Shown here piece after piece: positions 37,499 through 45,850 of a stretch of 64,000 bases of DNA. Every line of letters begins with the position of its first letter. Positions within the stretch are counted from its first letter, which is position 1. The notes beneath the pieces were generated by a model. It did not search any database and had not been told where the DNA came from. It worked only from the letters and a program-made list of their open reading frames with translations. The stretch comes from Muribaculaceae bacterium (GTDB lineage Bacteria > Bacteroidota > Bacteroidia > Bacteroidales > Muribaculaceae), in contig JAFRRT010000021.1 of assembly GCA_017427945.1 (NCBI GenBank), positions 2,259 to 66,258 of the forward strand, read 5' to 3'. A program made the position numbers and the translations under genes.

Positions 37499-37590
37499 AG
37501 TTAATAGAGAATAGTTTATAGTTAATGGTTGATTGTTGCATCATTTCACAAATGAGTTAACTATTCTCTTTCAACTATTAACTATTAACT
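37499..37590. repeat. Palindromic heptamer element, same family as 10028-10125
   Basis: GTTAATA GAGAATA GTTTATA GTTAATG GTTGATT ... AACTATTCTCTTTCAACTATTAACTATTAACT. Confidence 0.8.
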
Positions 37591-37599
37591 TGATGAGTA

Positions 37600-38475
37600 A
37601 TGGACACCAATGAACTGTTGCGCAAGGTCCGCAAGATAGAAATCAAGACCAAGGGCCTGTCGCAGAACATATTTGCCGGCGAGTACCACTCGGCCTTCAA
37701 GGGCAGGGGTATGACCTTCAGCGAGGTGCGCGAGTACCAGTATGGTGACGACGTGCGCGATATCGACTGGAACGTCACGGCGCGCTACAACCGTCCCTAC
37801 GTCAAGGTGTATGAGGAGGAGCGCGAACTCACGGTGATGCTGCTCGTTGACGTGAGCGGCAGCAAGGACTTCGGCGCCGTCGGCGTGGCCAAGCGCGAAA
37901 TGATGGCCGAAATCGGTGCCACCATCGCTTTCTCGGCTATCCAGAACAACGATAAGGTGGGCGTGATTTTCTTCAGCGACAAGGTAGAAAAGTTCATCCC
38001 GCCCAAGAAAGGGCGCAAGCACATCCTGCTCGTCATCCGCGAGCTGCTCGATTTCCAGCCCGAGGGCACCGGCACCGACATCAACATGGTGCTGGAATAC
38101 ATGACCAGTGCGCTGAAAAAGCGCTGCACCACGTTCCTGGTGAGCGATTTCATCGACGAACACGACTACAGCAAATCCCTGTCTATCGCCAACCACAAGC
38201 ATGACGTCATTGCCGTGCAGGTCTATGACAAGCGCGAGGCACAGTTGCCCGACGTGGGGTTCATGCGCGTGCGTGATGCCGAGCGAGGCACCATGCGTTG
38301 GGTCAACACGGGCAGCAAAAAGGTGCGTGACACCTACCGCCGCTGGTGGTACAACCAGCAGCAGGCCGTCAACGGCACGCTGCAGCGCTGCAACGTCGAC
38401 CTGGCAAGCGTGGCGACCGACGAGGATTATGTAACTGCCCTGATGGGGTTATTCAAGTCGCGTAAAGCGACTTGA
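37600..38475 (+). CDS. DUF58 domain protein
   Basis: GRGMTFSEVREY, GDDVRDIDWNVTAR, EERELT and DVSGS motifs. Confidence 0.93.
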   Translation: MDTNELLRKVRKIEIKTKGLSQNIFAGEYHSAFKGRGMTFSEVREYQYGDDVRDIDWNVTARYNRPYVKVYEEERELTVMLLVDVSGSKDFGAVGVAKREMMAEIGATIAFSAIQNNDKVGVIFFSDKVEKFIPPKKGRKHILLVIRELLDFQPEGTGTDINMVLEYMTSALKKRCTTFLVSDFIDEHDYSKSLSIANHKHDVIAVQVYDKREAQLPDVGFMRVRDAERGTMRWVNTGSKKVRDTYRRWWYNQQQAVNGTLQRCNVDLASVATDEDYVTALMGLFKSRKAT

Positions 38476-38476
38476 A

Positions 38477-38504
38477 GTTTAGAGTTTATTGTTTAGAGTT
38501 TAGA
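38477..38504 (+). repeat. Heptamer array GTTTAGA GTTTATT GTTTAGA GTTTAGA
   Basis: Fills almost the whole intergenic gap. Confidence 0.8.
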
Positions 38505-38506
38505 GA

Positions 38507-39460
38507 ATGTCACACAAATTGAGACATATCGTGATGACCGCCATCGTGCTGCTGGCTGCAACAACCACGGCATGGGGCGGCAATGTCACTTTCAAGGCGC
38601 GGCTCGACAGCGCCACGCTGCTCATGGGAAAAACCACAGCCCTGCATCTGGAGATCACCCAGGACAAGGACGCCCGAGGCTTTTTCCCAGGGGAACAACT
38701 GGACACACTCAGCGCCATGGTCGAGATTGCCGACCGCACCAAAGCCGACACGACCGACCTGGGCAATAACCGCATTCAAATCAACCGTGACCTCATCCTC
38801 CAGAGCTTTGACTCGGGCATGTGGATCATCAAGCCCATCCCCTATGTGGTGAATGGCGACACGGCATTCTGCAATCAGCTGTCGCTCAAAGTGCTGCCGG
38901 TTGACGTGAGCAAGATGCAGGACGTGCACGACATCAAGCCCGTGGAGGACGTCCCCTTCAATCTGCTGGACTGGCTTCCCAATTACTGGTGGGCGTGGCT
39001 CCTCGCGTTGTTGCTTATCGGCGCTGGTATCTGGGCTTACCGCAAGTTCTACAAGAAAGGCATCAACCCCTTGAAGGCCGTGAAGAAACGTCTGCCGCCC
39101 TACGAGGAAGCGATGATTAACCTGCAACGGCTCAAGGAAGCCCAGTTGTGGCAGCAAGGCCAGGAGAAAGAATACTTCACAGGACTTACCGATATCCTGC
39201 GCGTCTATATTGACCGCCGCTTCCACATCAACGCCGTGGAGATGACCTCTACTCAAATCATCGAGACCCTCAAGAAGAACGAGGAGACCAAGGCTGTCAA
39301 CGAACAACTGGAGATGATTCTGGAGGTTGCCGACATCGTCAAGTTTGCCAACGCCCGACCCCTCGCCGACGACAACGAGGTGGCTTTCCAGCGTGCCGTG
39401 AACTTCGTGGAAGAGACAAAGCCCGTTGAACAACCGCAAAAAGAGGAGGTGAAGAAATGA
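38507..39460 (+). CDS. Conserved bat-operon membrane-anchored protein
   Basis: Signal peptide, TM, PPYEEAM, YFTGLTDILR, EMTSTQI and DIVKFA motifs; sits between DUF58 and batA. Confidence 0.85.
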   Translation: MSHKLRHIVMTAIVLLAATTTAWGGNVTFKARLDSATLLMGKTTALHLEITQDKDARGFFPGEQLDTLSAMVEIADRTKADTTDLGNNRIQINRDLILQSFDSGMWIIKPIPYVVNGDTAFCNQLSLKVLPVDVSKMQDVHDIKPVEDVPFNLLDWLPNYWWAWLLALLLIGAGIWAYRKFYKKGINPLKAVKKRLPPYEEAMINLQRLKEAQLWQQGQEKEYFTGLTDILRVYIDRRFHINAVEMTSTQIIETLKKNEETKAVNEQLEMILEVADIVKFANARPLADDNEVAFQRAVNFVEETKPVEQPQKEEVKK

Positions 39461-40452
39461 TGACTCTCGCTCATCCGGGATGGCTGTGGCTGCTGCCAGT
39501 GCTGATGATACCACTCATCGCATGGTATATCTATAGCCAGGACAAGAACGAGCCCGAATTGAACATGTCTTCGACGCGTGCGTTTGACGGCATGGGGACG
39601 AGCTGGAAAGTATGGGCAAAGCACCTGTCGTTTGCCCTCAAAATGGGTGCGTTGGCATGTCTTGTAATCATCTTATGCCGCCCGCAGACCAAGGACAGCT
39701 GGTCCACCAGTGATGTTGAGGGTACCGACATCGTCATCGCCCTTGACGTGTCCACCAGTATGCTCGCCAAGGACTTCAGACCCAACCGCTTTGAGAGCGC
39801 CAAGAAGGTGGCTACACAATTTGTCAGCGGTCGTGACCATGACAACATCGGCCTGGTGCTGTTTGCCGGTGAGAGTTTCACTCAGGTGCCCATGACCATG
39901 GACAATGCTACCCTGGTCAATGCCATAGGACAGACCGAAATCGGCACCCTTGAGGACGGTACCGCCATTGGCGACGGTATTGCGACGGCCATCAACCGCA
40001 TACGCGACGGTAAGGCCAAGAGCAAAAGCATCATCCTGCTCACCGACGGCTCGAACAACACTGGTGTCGTTGCCCCGAATACCGCAGCCGACATCGCCCG
40101 CAAATTCGGCATCAAGATTTACACCATCGGTGTAGGCAGCAACGGTACTGCCGACTACCCTGTCGCCATTGACTATGCCGGCAACATCCAGTATCAGCGC
40201 ATGCCTGTGGTCATCGACGAGACGACCTTGAAGAACATCGCCTCCACCACCGGCGGCAAGTATTTCCGTGCCACGTCGGGCAGTGTGCTCAACAACGTGT
40301 TCAAGGAAATCGACCAGTTGGAGAAAACCCACATGGACGTGCAGCGCTTCACCCACACCGAGGACCATTACGAGCCCTGGGCACTGCTGTTGCTGGGACT
40401 GCTGCTGTTAAGCCTGCTGATGGATTACACTATTTTGAGGCATATACCTTGA
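39457..40452 (+). CDS. batA: Aerotolerance vWA protein BatA
   Basis: N-terminal BatA TM domain; ALDVSTSM, GTAIGDG, LLTDGSNN and TGGKYFRA motifs. Confidence 0.9.
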   Translation: MMTLAHPGWLWLLPVLMIPLIAWYIYSQDKNEPELNMSSTRAFDGMGTSWKVWAKHLSFALKMGALACLVIILCRPQTKDSWSTSDVEGTDIVIALDVSTSMLAKDFRPNRFESAKKVATQFVSGRDHDNIGLVLFAGESFTQVPMTMDNATLVNAIGQTEIGTLEDGTAIGDGIATAINRIRDGKAKSKSIILLTDGSNNTGVVAPNTAADIARKFGIKIYTIGVGSNGTADYPVAIDYAGNIQYQRMPVVIDETTLKNIASTTGGKYFRATSGSVLNNVFKEIDQLEKTHMDVQRFTHTEDHYEPWALLLLGLLLLSLLMDYTILRHIP

Positions 40453-40465
40453 TGTGCTGCGCACA

Positions 40466-40486
40466 GTTTAAAGTTTAGAGGTTAGA
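40466..40486 (+). repeat. Heptamer array GTTTAAA GTTTAGA GGTTAGA
   Basis: At the batA-batB junction. CAGTTTAAAGTTTAGAG is identical to the copy at 45065. Confidence 0.7.
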
Positions 40487-40491
40487 GAACT

Positions 40492-41571
40492 ATGATCAAT
40501 TTCGCTCATCCGCAATATTTCTACCTGCTGCTCCTGCTGCCCGCCCTGGTGCTGCTGTTCCTGTGGAACCGCCGCGACCGCAGCAAGCGTCTGGAGCGTT
40601 ATGGCAAGCGCTCATCCATCGACCCGCTGATGCCTGAGGTGTCACGCTACAAGCCCTGGATACGGCTCGCGCTGGAACTGCTGCTGCTCACCATGGTCAT
40701 TGTGGTGCTTGCGCGCCCACGTGCCGGCTCCAGCAAGACCACGACCAATGTCCACGGCATCGAAGTCATGGTAGCCGTCGACGTGTCCAACTCGATGAAC
40801 GCTTCCAGCACCGACAATCCGCAAGACGTGAGCCGCCTGCAACGCGCCAAGATGATTTTGCAGAAACTCATCGACCGCCTCGACAACAACAAGGTGGGAC
40901 TGATTGTATTTGCAGGAAATGCCTATATGCAGATGCCCATGACGAGCGATGCTGCTTCGGCCAAACTGTTCCTTAACGGAATCAACACCAGCATGGCGCC
41001 CACTCAGGGAACGGCCATCGGTGCTGCCATCAACCTGGGACTGAACGGCTTCTCGCAAAGCAAGAAATCTCAAAAAGCGATGATTATCATCACCGATGGT
41101 GAGAACTTTGAGGACGATGCTGTCGAAGCTGCCAAGAACGCCGCCAAGATGGGCGTGCAGGTAGATGTCATCGGCGTGGGTTCCACAACAGGTGCGCCAA
41201 TTCCCGTTCAGGGTGGTTACCTCACTGATGACAGCGGACAACCCGTAACCACCTATCTCAACGAGAAGATGGCCCAGCAGATTGCCGATGCCGGCAAGGG
41301 TGTCTATATCTCGGGCACCGCCAACGATGCCGTCTCCACCCTGCAAGAGACGCTCGATAAGTTGGCCAAGAGCGACCTGGCAACGGTTACCTACACACAG
41401 CACGACGAGCAGTTCCCCGTCTTCGCCGTTATTGCGCTGCTCCTGCTGCTGGCATTGCTCCTGCTGCTCGAGCGCAAGAATCCGTGGCTCAAGCGTTACA
41501 ATTTCTTCACCAAGGACAAAGAAAACACTTCAATCCTGACACGCAAAGATGAAACTCAAGAACATCAATAA
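40492..41571 (+). CDS. batB: Aerotolerance vWA protein BatB
   Basis: AVDVSNSM, SRLQRAK, VFAG, GTAIGAAI and IITDGENFE motifs. Confidence 0.9.
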   Translation: MINFAHPQYFYLLLLLPALVLLFLWNRRDRSKRLERYGKRSSIDPLMPEVSRYKPWIRLALELLLLTMVIVVLARPRAGSSKTTTNVHGIEVMVAVDVSNSMNASSTDNPQDVSRLQRAKMILQKLIDRLDNNKVGLIVFAGNAYMQMPMTSDAASAKLFLNGINTSMAPTQGTAIGAAINLGLNGFSQSKKSQKAMIIITDGENFEDDAVEAAKNAAKMGVQVDVIGVGSTTGAPIPVQGGYLTDDSGQPVTTYLNEKMAQQIADAGKGVYISGTANDAVSTLQETLDKLAKSDLATVTYTQHDEQFPVFAVIALLLLLALLLLLERKNPWLKRYNFFTKDKENTSILTRKDETQEHQ

Positions 41572-42418
41572 TACGATACTCTCACTTGCTCTGGCAACTG
41601 TCGTGATGCTTGGCACAGCATTGCCCGCCGCAGCACAGACCAAAGCCCCAAAGATGACCAAACAGGAGCGGGTGGCCCTGCGAAACGGCAACAAGCTGTA
41701 TCAGAAAAAGCGCTATGCCGAGGCCGAGGTCGAGTACCGCAAGGCCCTGCAGGCCAATCCTGCCAGTGAGAAAGCACAATTCAACCTGGCCACAGCCCTC
41801 ATGCGGCAAGGCAGCGCCAATGCAAGCCAAGACGACGAGAAGAGCCCGATGAATCAGGCTGAAGGACTGTTGACCAATCTGGCAAAAAAAGCCCAGGACA
41901 AGCAGCTGCGCGGCAAAGCCTGCTACGACTTGGGTAATATCGCCTATGGCCGTCAGGACTATGGCAAGGCCGTGGAGTTCTACAAACATGCGTTGCGCTG
42001 CAACCCCGACGACGACCAGGCACGCGACAACCTGCGTCTGGCCCAGCTCAAGAAACAGCAGCAAGACCAGAATAAAGATAAGAACCAGGATAAGAACAAA
42101 GACCAGAATCAAGATCAAAACAAAGATCAAAACAAGGACAAAGACCAGAACAAAGATCAGAATAAGGACCAAAACAAGGACCAGAATCAAGATAAGCAAG
42201 ATCAAAATCAGGACAAACAGAATCAGGACCAGAACAAGCAGAACCAAAACCAGGACCAGCAGAAACAGCAGCAACAGCAGGGCGGCATGAGTCAGCAAAA
42301 CGCCGAGCAGGTGCTCAAGGCGATGCAGGACCGTGAACGCGCCACCCAGCAGCGCATCAATGCGCAACAGGCGCAGCAACAGCGCCATGAGCGCCAGCGC
42401 ACCAACAAGAAATGGTAA
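41549..42418 (+). CDS. batC: TPR protein BatC with a Q/D/N/K low-complexity linker
   Basis: TPR motifs (YRKAL, FNLATAL, YDLGN, YKHALR); DQNK repeats; MSQQNAEQVL...KKW tail. Confidence 0.88.
   Translation: MKLKNINNTILSLALATVVMLGTALPAAAQTKAPKMTKQERVALRNGNKLYQKKRYAEAEVEYRKALQANPASEKAQFNLATALMRQGSANASQDDEKSPMNQAEGLLTNLAKKAQDKQLRGKACYDLGNIAYGRQDYGKAVEFYKHALRCNPDDDQARDNLRLAQLKKQQQDQNKDKNQDKNKDQNQDQNKDQNKDKDQNKDQNKDQNKDQNQDKQDQNQDKQNQDQNKQNQNQDQQKQQQQQGGMSQQNAEQVLKAMQDRERATQQRINAQQAQQQRHERQRTNKKW
42053..42280 (+). repeat. Coding low-complexity repeat (DQNK/QDQN, roughly 12-nt period)
   Basis: Read from the DNA and the translation. Confidence 0.85.
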
Positions 42419-42464
42419 TTTAGGCTTTAGGAAATATTCTGAAAACTGACGACTATAAGAAGTA

Positions 42465-44279
42465 ATGAAGCGAATCATCTATATAGCAATCCTGCTCCTG
42501 ACCGCTCTGGCGGCACAAGCGGCCTCGTTTACTGTCGAGGCGCCGCGCCAGGTGGTCGAGGGCAATAAATTCAATGTCACCTTTGTGCTCAAGAACGGAG
42601 AGGGCAACAGTTTTACCCCTCCCGAGGTGACAGGAGCCAAACTCATCTACGGCCCCAGCGTGTCACACAGCTACAGCTCAACGTGGGTCAACGGCAAGTC
42701 GAGCAGCAGCTCCACCGAGGAGTACACGATGATTTATAAGGCCACCGCAACGGGCAAATGCCACATCGGTGCCGCATCGGTTGTGTCAGGTGGTAACAAA
42801 CTCACGACCAAGCCGCTCACAATCGACGTTTTGCCGGCAGGCAGCCAGCCCAGCCAGCAAATGCAGAGCACACCGGGCGCTCCTACCCCCTATAGCGACC
42901 CGATGACACAGAGCGCCGACAAGGCTGTCGGCAGCAAGGACTTGTTCGTGCGCATCGAGATGTCCAAGCCCAGGGTCTATGAGCAACAAGCTGTGGTTTG
43001 CACCATCAAGCTGTACACCAAGTACCAGATATCGCAGTTCATGCCCACCATCCAGCCCTCGTTTGACGGCTTTCTCATCGAGGAGATTCCCGTCCAGCCC
43101 AGCCTGAACAAGGTGGAAACGCTCAATGGCGAGCGCTACATGACCGCCATCCTCAAGAAGTGCATCCTATACCCGCAACAAAGCGGCAAACTCACCATCA
43201 CGTCGGGAAACTATGACGTGAGCGTGGTGCAGTTCGACACGTTCAAGAGCATCTTCGGCTCCATCTCCAAACCCGTGGAGAAAGATCTCAAAGTGCAGAG
43301 CAACACGGCAACGGTCAATATCCTGCCGCTGCCCGAGCCCAAGCCCGCATCTTTCTCGGGTGCTGTGGGCAAGTTCAACGTCACCGCTGACCTGCAGCCT
43401 GCCACAGGCTTCAAGACCTACAGCGCGGCAACCTATCGCTATATCATCAGCGGAACGGGTAATATCAAGTACATCAAAGCGCCCGAAGTGAAATTCCCCG
43501 ACCAGTTTGACGTCTATGACCCGAAGACCGACGCTCAGGTCAACGACGCCGCTGGCGACATGAGAGGCAAGGTAGTTATCAGTTACTCATTCATTCCCCA
43601 GTATGCCGGTGAGTTCGAAATACCCGCCGGAGAATTTACCTACTTCGACCCCGACGAGGGCAAATACGAGACCATCACCGTGCCGGCACGACACCTCACC
43701 GTCGCCAAGGGTGAGGGACAACCCAGCAACCACTACCGCATGAAGAACATGGACATCAGGCCCATCAAGAGCGGCGACCTGGGATTGAAGAAATCTCATG
43801 GCTATATCCTCGACAACTGGACCTACTGGCTGTGGTTCCTGCTGCCTCTGTTGGCATTGGCAGCATTGCTCATCTACTACCGCAAGCAGCTCAAGGAACG
43901 TGCCGACGTGCGCCGCATGCGCGCCAAACGGGCCAGCAAGGTGGCACAACGCCGCCTGAAAGCTGCCCGCGGCTTTGCTTCACGCGGTGACAGGAACGGC
44001 TTCTATGCCGAGATGCTGAACGCCATGTGGGGCTACATGAGCGACAAGTTGTCAATACCCGTGAGCGAACTGAGCAAAGACAACATCAATGCCGAACTCG
44101 AGCAGTTCGGTGTCAACGAGCAACTGCGAAAAGAGGCGATGGACCTGATTGACAAGTGTGAGTTCGCTCAGTATGCCCCTGAACTGGCACAGGGCGACTT
44201 GAACGCTGTGCTCGACGAGGCTGCTGGCGTCATCGACCGCTTGGAGAATGTGAAACGCAAAAAAACCGTACAGCCATGA
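42465..44279 (+). CDS. batD: BatD oxygen-tolerance protein
   Basis: Ig-like repeats; LYPQQSGKL, GAVGKF and GTGNIK motifs; position in the operon. Confidence 0.88.
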   Translation: MKRIIYIAILLLTALAAQAASFTVEAPRQVVEGNKFNVTFVLKNGEGNSFTPPEVTGAKLIYGPSVSHSYSSTWVNGKSSSSSTEEYTMIYKATATGKCHIGAASVVSGGNKLTTKPLTIDVLPAGSQPSQQMQSTPGAPTPYSDPMTQSADKAVGSKDLFVRIEMSKPRVYEQQAVVCTIKLYTKYQISQFMPTIQPSFDGFLIEEIPVQPSLNKVETLNGERYMTAILKKCILYPQQSGKLTITSGNYDVSVVQFDTFKSIFGSISKPVEKDLKVQSNTATVNILPLPEPKPASFSGAVGKFNVTADLQPATGFKTYSAATYRYIISGTGNIKYIKAPEVKFPDQFDVYDPKTDAQVNDAAGDMRGKVVISYSFIPQYAGEFEIPAGEFTYFDPDEGKYETITVPARHLTVAKGEGQPSNHYRMKNMDIRPIKSGDLGLKKSHGYILDNWTYWLWFLLPLLALAALLIYYRKQLKERADVRRMRAKRASKVAQRRLKAARGFASRGDRNGFYAEMLNAMWGYMSDKLSIPVSELSKDNINAELEQFGVNEQLRKEAMDLIDKCEFAQYAPELAQGDLNAVLDEAAGVIDRLENVKRKKTVQP

Positions 44280-45046
44280 AACAAGCTATCATCACTATCA
44301 TGTTAGTCGTGCTGGCCATACCCGTGATAGCCGGCAACGCCAATATTGACAAGGCTAACCAAGCCTACAAGCAGGAACTGTACAACGAAGCGTTGAAACT
44401 GTATCTACAGGAGGCCAAGGAGACCGGCGTGTCTTCGGCGCTTTACTGCAACATAGGCGACACCTACTACCGCCTCAAGGACAACGTGCATGCCGTGCTC
44501 TATTATGAGCGTGCCCTGCTGCTCGACCCCTCGAACAGCGACGCACGGTTCAACCTCGACTTCGTACGCGGCAAGATGCAGCTGCCCGACGATGCCGGCG
44601 ACTCATGGTTCAGCAATTGGGTGGACCGTACCGTCAGCCGCCTGTCGAGCAACACCTGGGCCATTATCGCCATCGTCACCTTCCTACTCTTTTTGGCAGG
44701 ATTGGCGGCCTACCTGTTCATGGACAACGTGCTGATGCGCAAGTTGGGCTTCTTTGGTGGTGCACTGGTGCTGTTGATCAGCATTTTGGCCAATTTAGCC
44801 GCTTTCCATGTCTATCACAAGGCGACCAGCGGCAACGCCGCCATCATCATGCCCGAGTCGGTCACATTGTGCACCGCCCCACGCGCGCCGCGTGACAAAA
44901 ACGAGGAGGCTTTTGAACTGATGCAGGGCACCCGTGTCGAGATTGTTGACTCCATTGCCGACAAGACCAATGGCAAGTGGCTGCAAGTCTCCACTGCCGG
45001 CGGCCACAAGGCATGGCTCAACGCCAAGGATATCGAAGTGATTTAA
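44276..45046 (+). CDS. batE: BatE (TPR + SH3-like)
   Basis: YCNIGDTYY, YERALLLDPSNSDARFNL and C-terminal KAWL motifs. Confidence 0.88.
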   Translation: MKQAIITIMLVVLAIPVIAGNANIDKANQAYKQELYNEALKLYLQEAKETGVSSALYCNIGDTYYRLKDNVHAVLYYERALLLDPSNSDARFNLDFVRGKMQLPDDAGDSWFSNWVDRTVSRLSSNTWAIIAIVTFLLFLAGLAAYLFMDNVLMRKLGFFGGALVLLISILANLAAFHVYHKATSGNAAIIMPESVTLCTAPRAPRDKNEEAFELMQGTRVEIVDSIADKTNGKWLQVSTAGGHKAWLNAKDIEVI

Positions 45047-45066
45047 TTATGCGGGCGATGCCCGCA

Positions 45067-45113
45067 GTTTAAAGTTTAGAGAGAGGTCCCAAACTAAAGA
45101 CTAAGGACTAAAA
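45067..45113. repeat. Heptamer element with converging arms (GTTTAAA GTTTAGA ... ACTAAAG ACTAAGG ACTAAAA)
   Basis: Read directly at the batE-PAP2 junction. Confidence 0.65.
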
Positions 45114-45114
45114 A

Positions 45115-45777
45115 ATGCTCGAATACCTCAACGACATAGATACCACCGCGCTGCTGGCCATCAACGGCTGGAACGGCACGTTCCAGGACTTCCTGTGGTG
45201 GATGGTTTCGGCCAAATGGGCATCGCTGCTGATGGCGCTGGCCTTGCTGTGGGTGTTGCTGCACCAGAATCGGCGCCATGCCCTGCTCGTGCTGGCGATG
45301 GTCGTTCTTGCCTTTGTCGTTGCCGACCAGTTGTCATCTGGAGTTATCAAGCATTTGGTGGAGCGCCTGAGGCCCACTCGCGAGCCTGCGCTCAACAACC
45401 TGCTGCACATCGTCAACGATTACCGTGGCGGCATGTACGGCTTTGTTTCAAGCCACGCCGCCAACTCCTTTGCCGCCGCGACATTGTTGGCCCTTGTCAT
45501 CCGCTACAGGGTGGTGACATTGTCTTTATTCAGTTGGGCGGTATTGCAATGCTACAGCCGTGTCTATTTGGGCGTGCATTACCCTGGTGACATCTTGGGA
45601 GGCATCGTCGTTGGCGTCCTGGTCGGATGGCTTGTGTGGCGTCTCATGCGCTGGATTGAGCGACGTTGGCGCCTGCCCAAGGGGTACTATACCCGCACCG
45701 ATGCCATGGTGATGGCTTCCTCATTTGCCGTTACTGTCATCGCCCTTCTCACCGCCGCCCTTATCCAGACCGTGTGA
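45115..45777 (+). CDS. PAP2-family membrane phosphatase (LpxF-like candidate)
   Basis: KHLVERLRP, FVSSHAANS and SRVYLGVHYPGD motifs. Confidence 0.88.
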   Translation: MLEYLNDIDTTALLAINGWNGTFQDFLWWMVSAKWASLLMALALLWVLLHQNRRHALLVLAMVVLAFVVADQLSSGVIKHLVERLRPTREPALNNLLHIVNDYRGGMYGFVSSHAANSFAAATLLALVIRYRVVTLSLFSWAVLQCYSRVYLGVHYPGDILGGIVVGVLVGWLVWRLMRWIERRWRLPKGYYTRTDAMVMASSFAVTVIALLTAALIQTV

Positions 45778-45785
45778 TATAAAAA

Positions 45786-45813
45786 GTGCCGCCCGGAACA
45801 CATCCTGCGGCAC
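45786..45813. terminator. Hairpin between the convergent PAP2 and Na/Pi genes
   Basis: GTGCCGC...GCGGCAC, preceded by an A-run. Confidence 0.5.
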
Positions 45814-45850
45814 CTTGATGGGTTGGTTTCAATTCAATTTGTTTTGCCTT

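Noticed and set aside
41582-42478. Antisense ORF with a poly-Leu/Val/Ile tract resembling a membrane protein
   Set aside because: It is simply the reverse complement of the BatC DQNK repeat.
36502-45046. moxR-DUF58-batABCDE as a novel system
   Set aside because: It is the known, widely conserved Bacteroidetes aerotolerance (Bat) operon.
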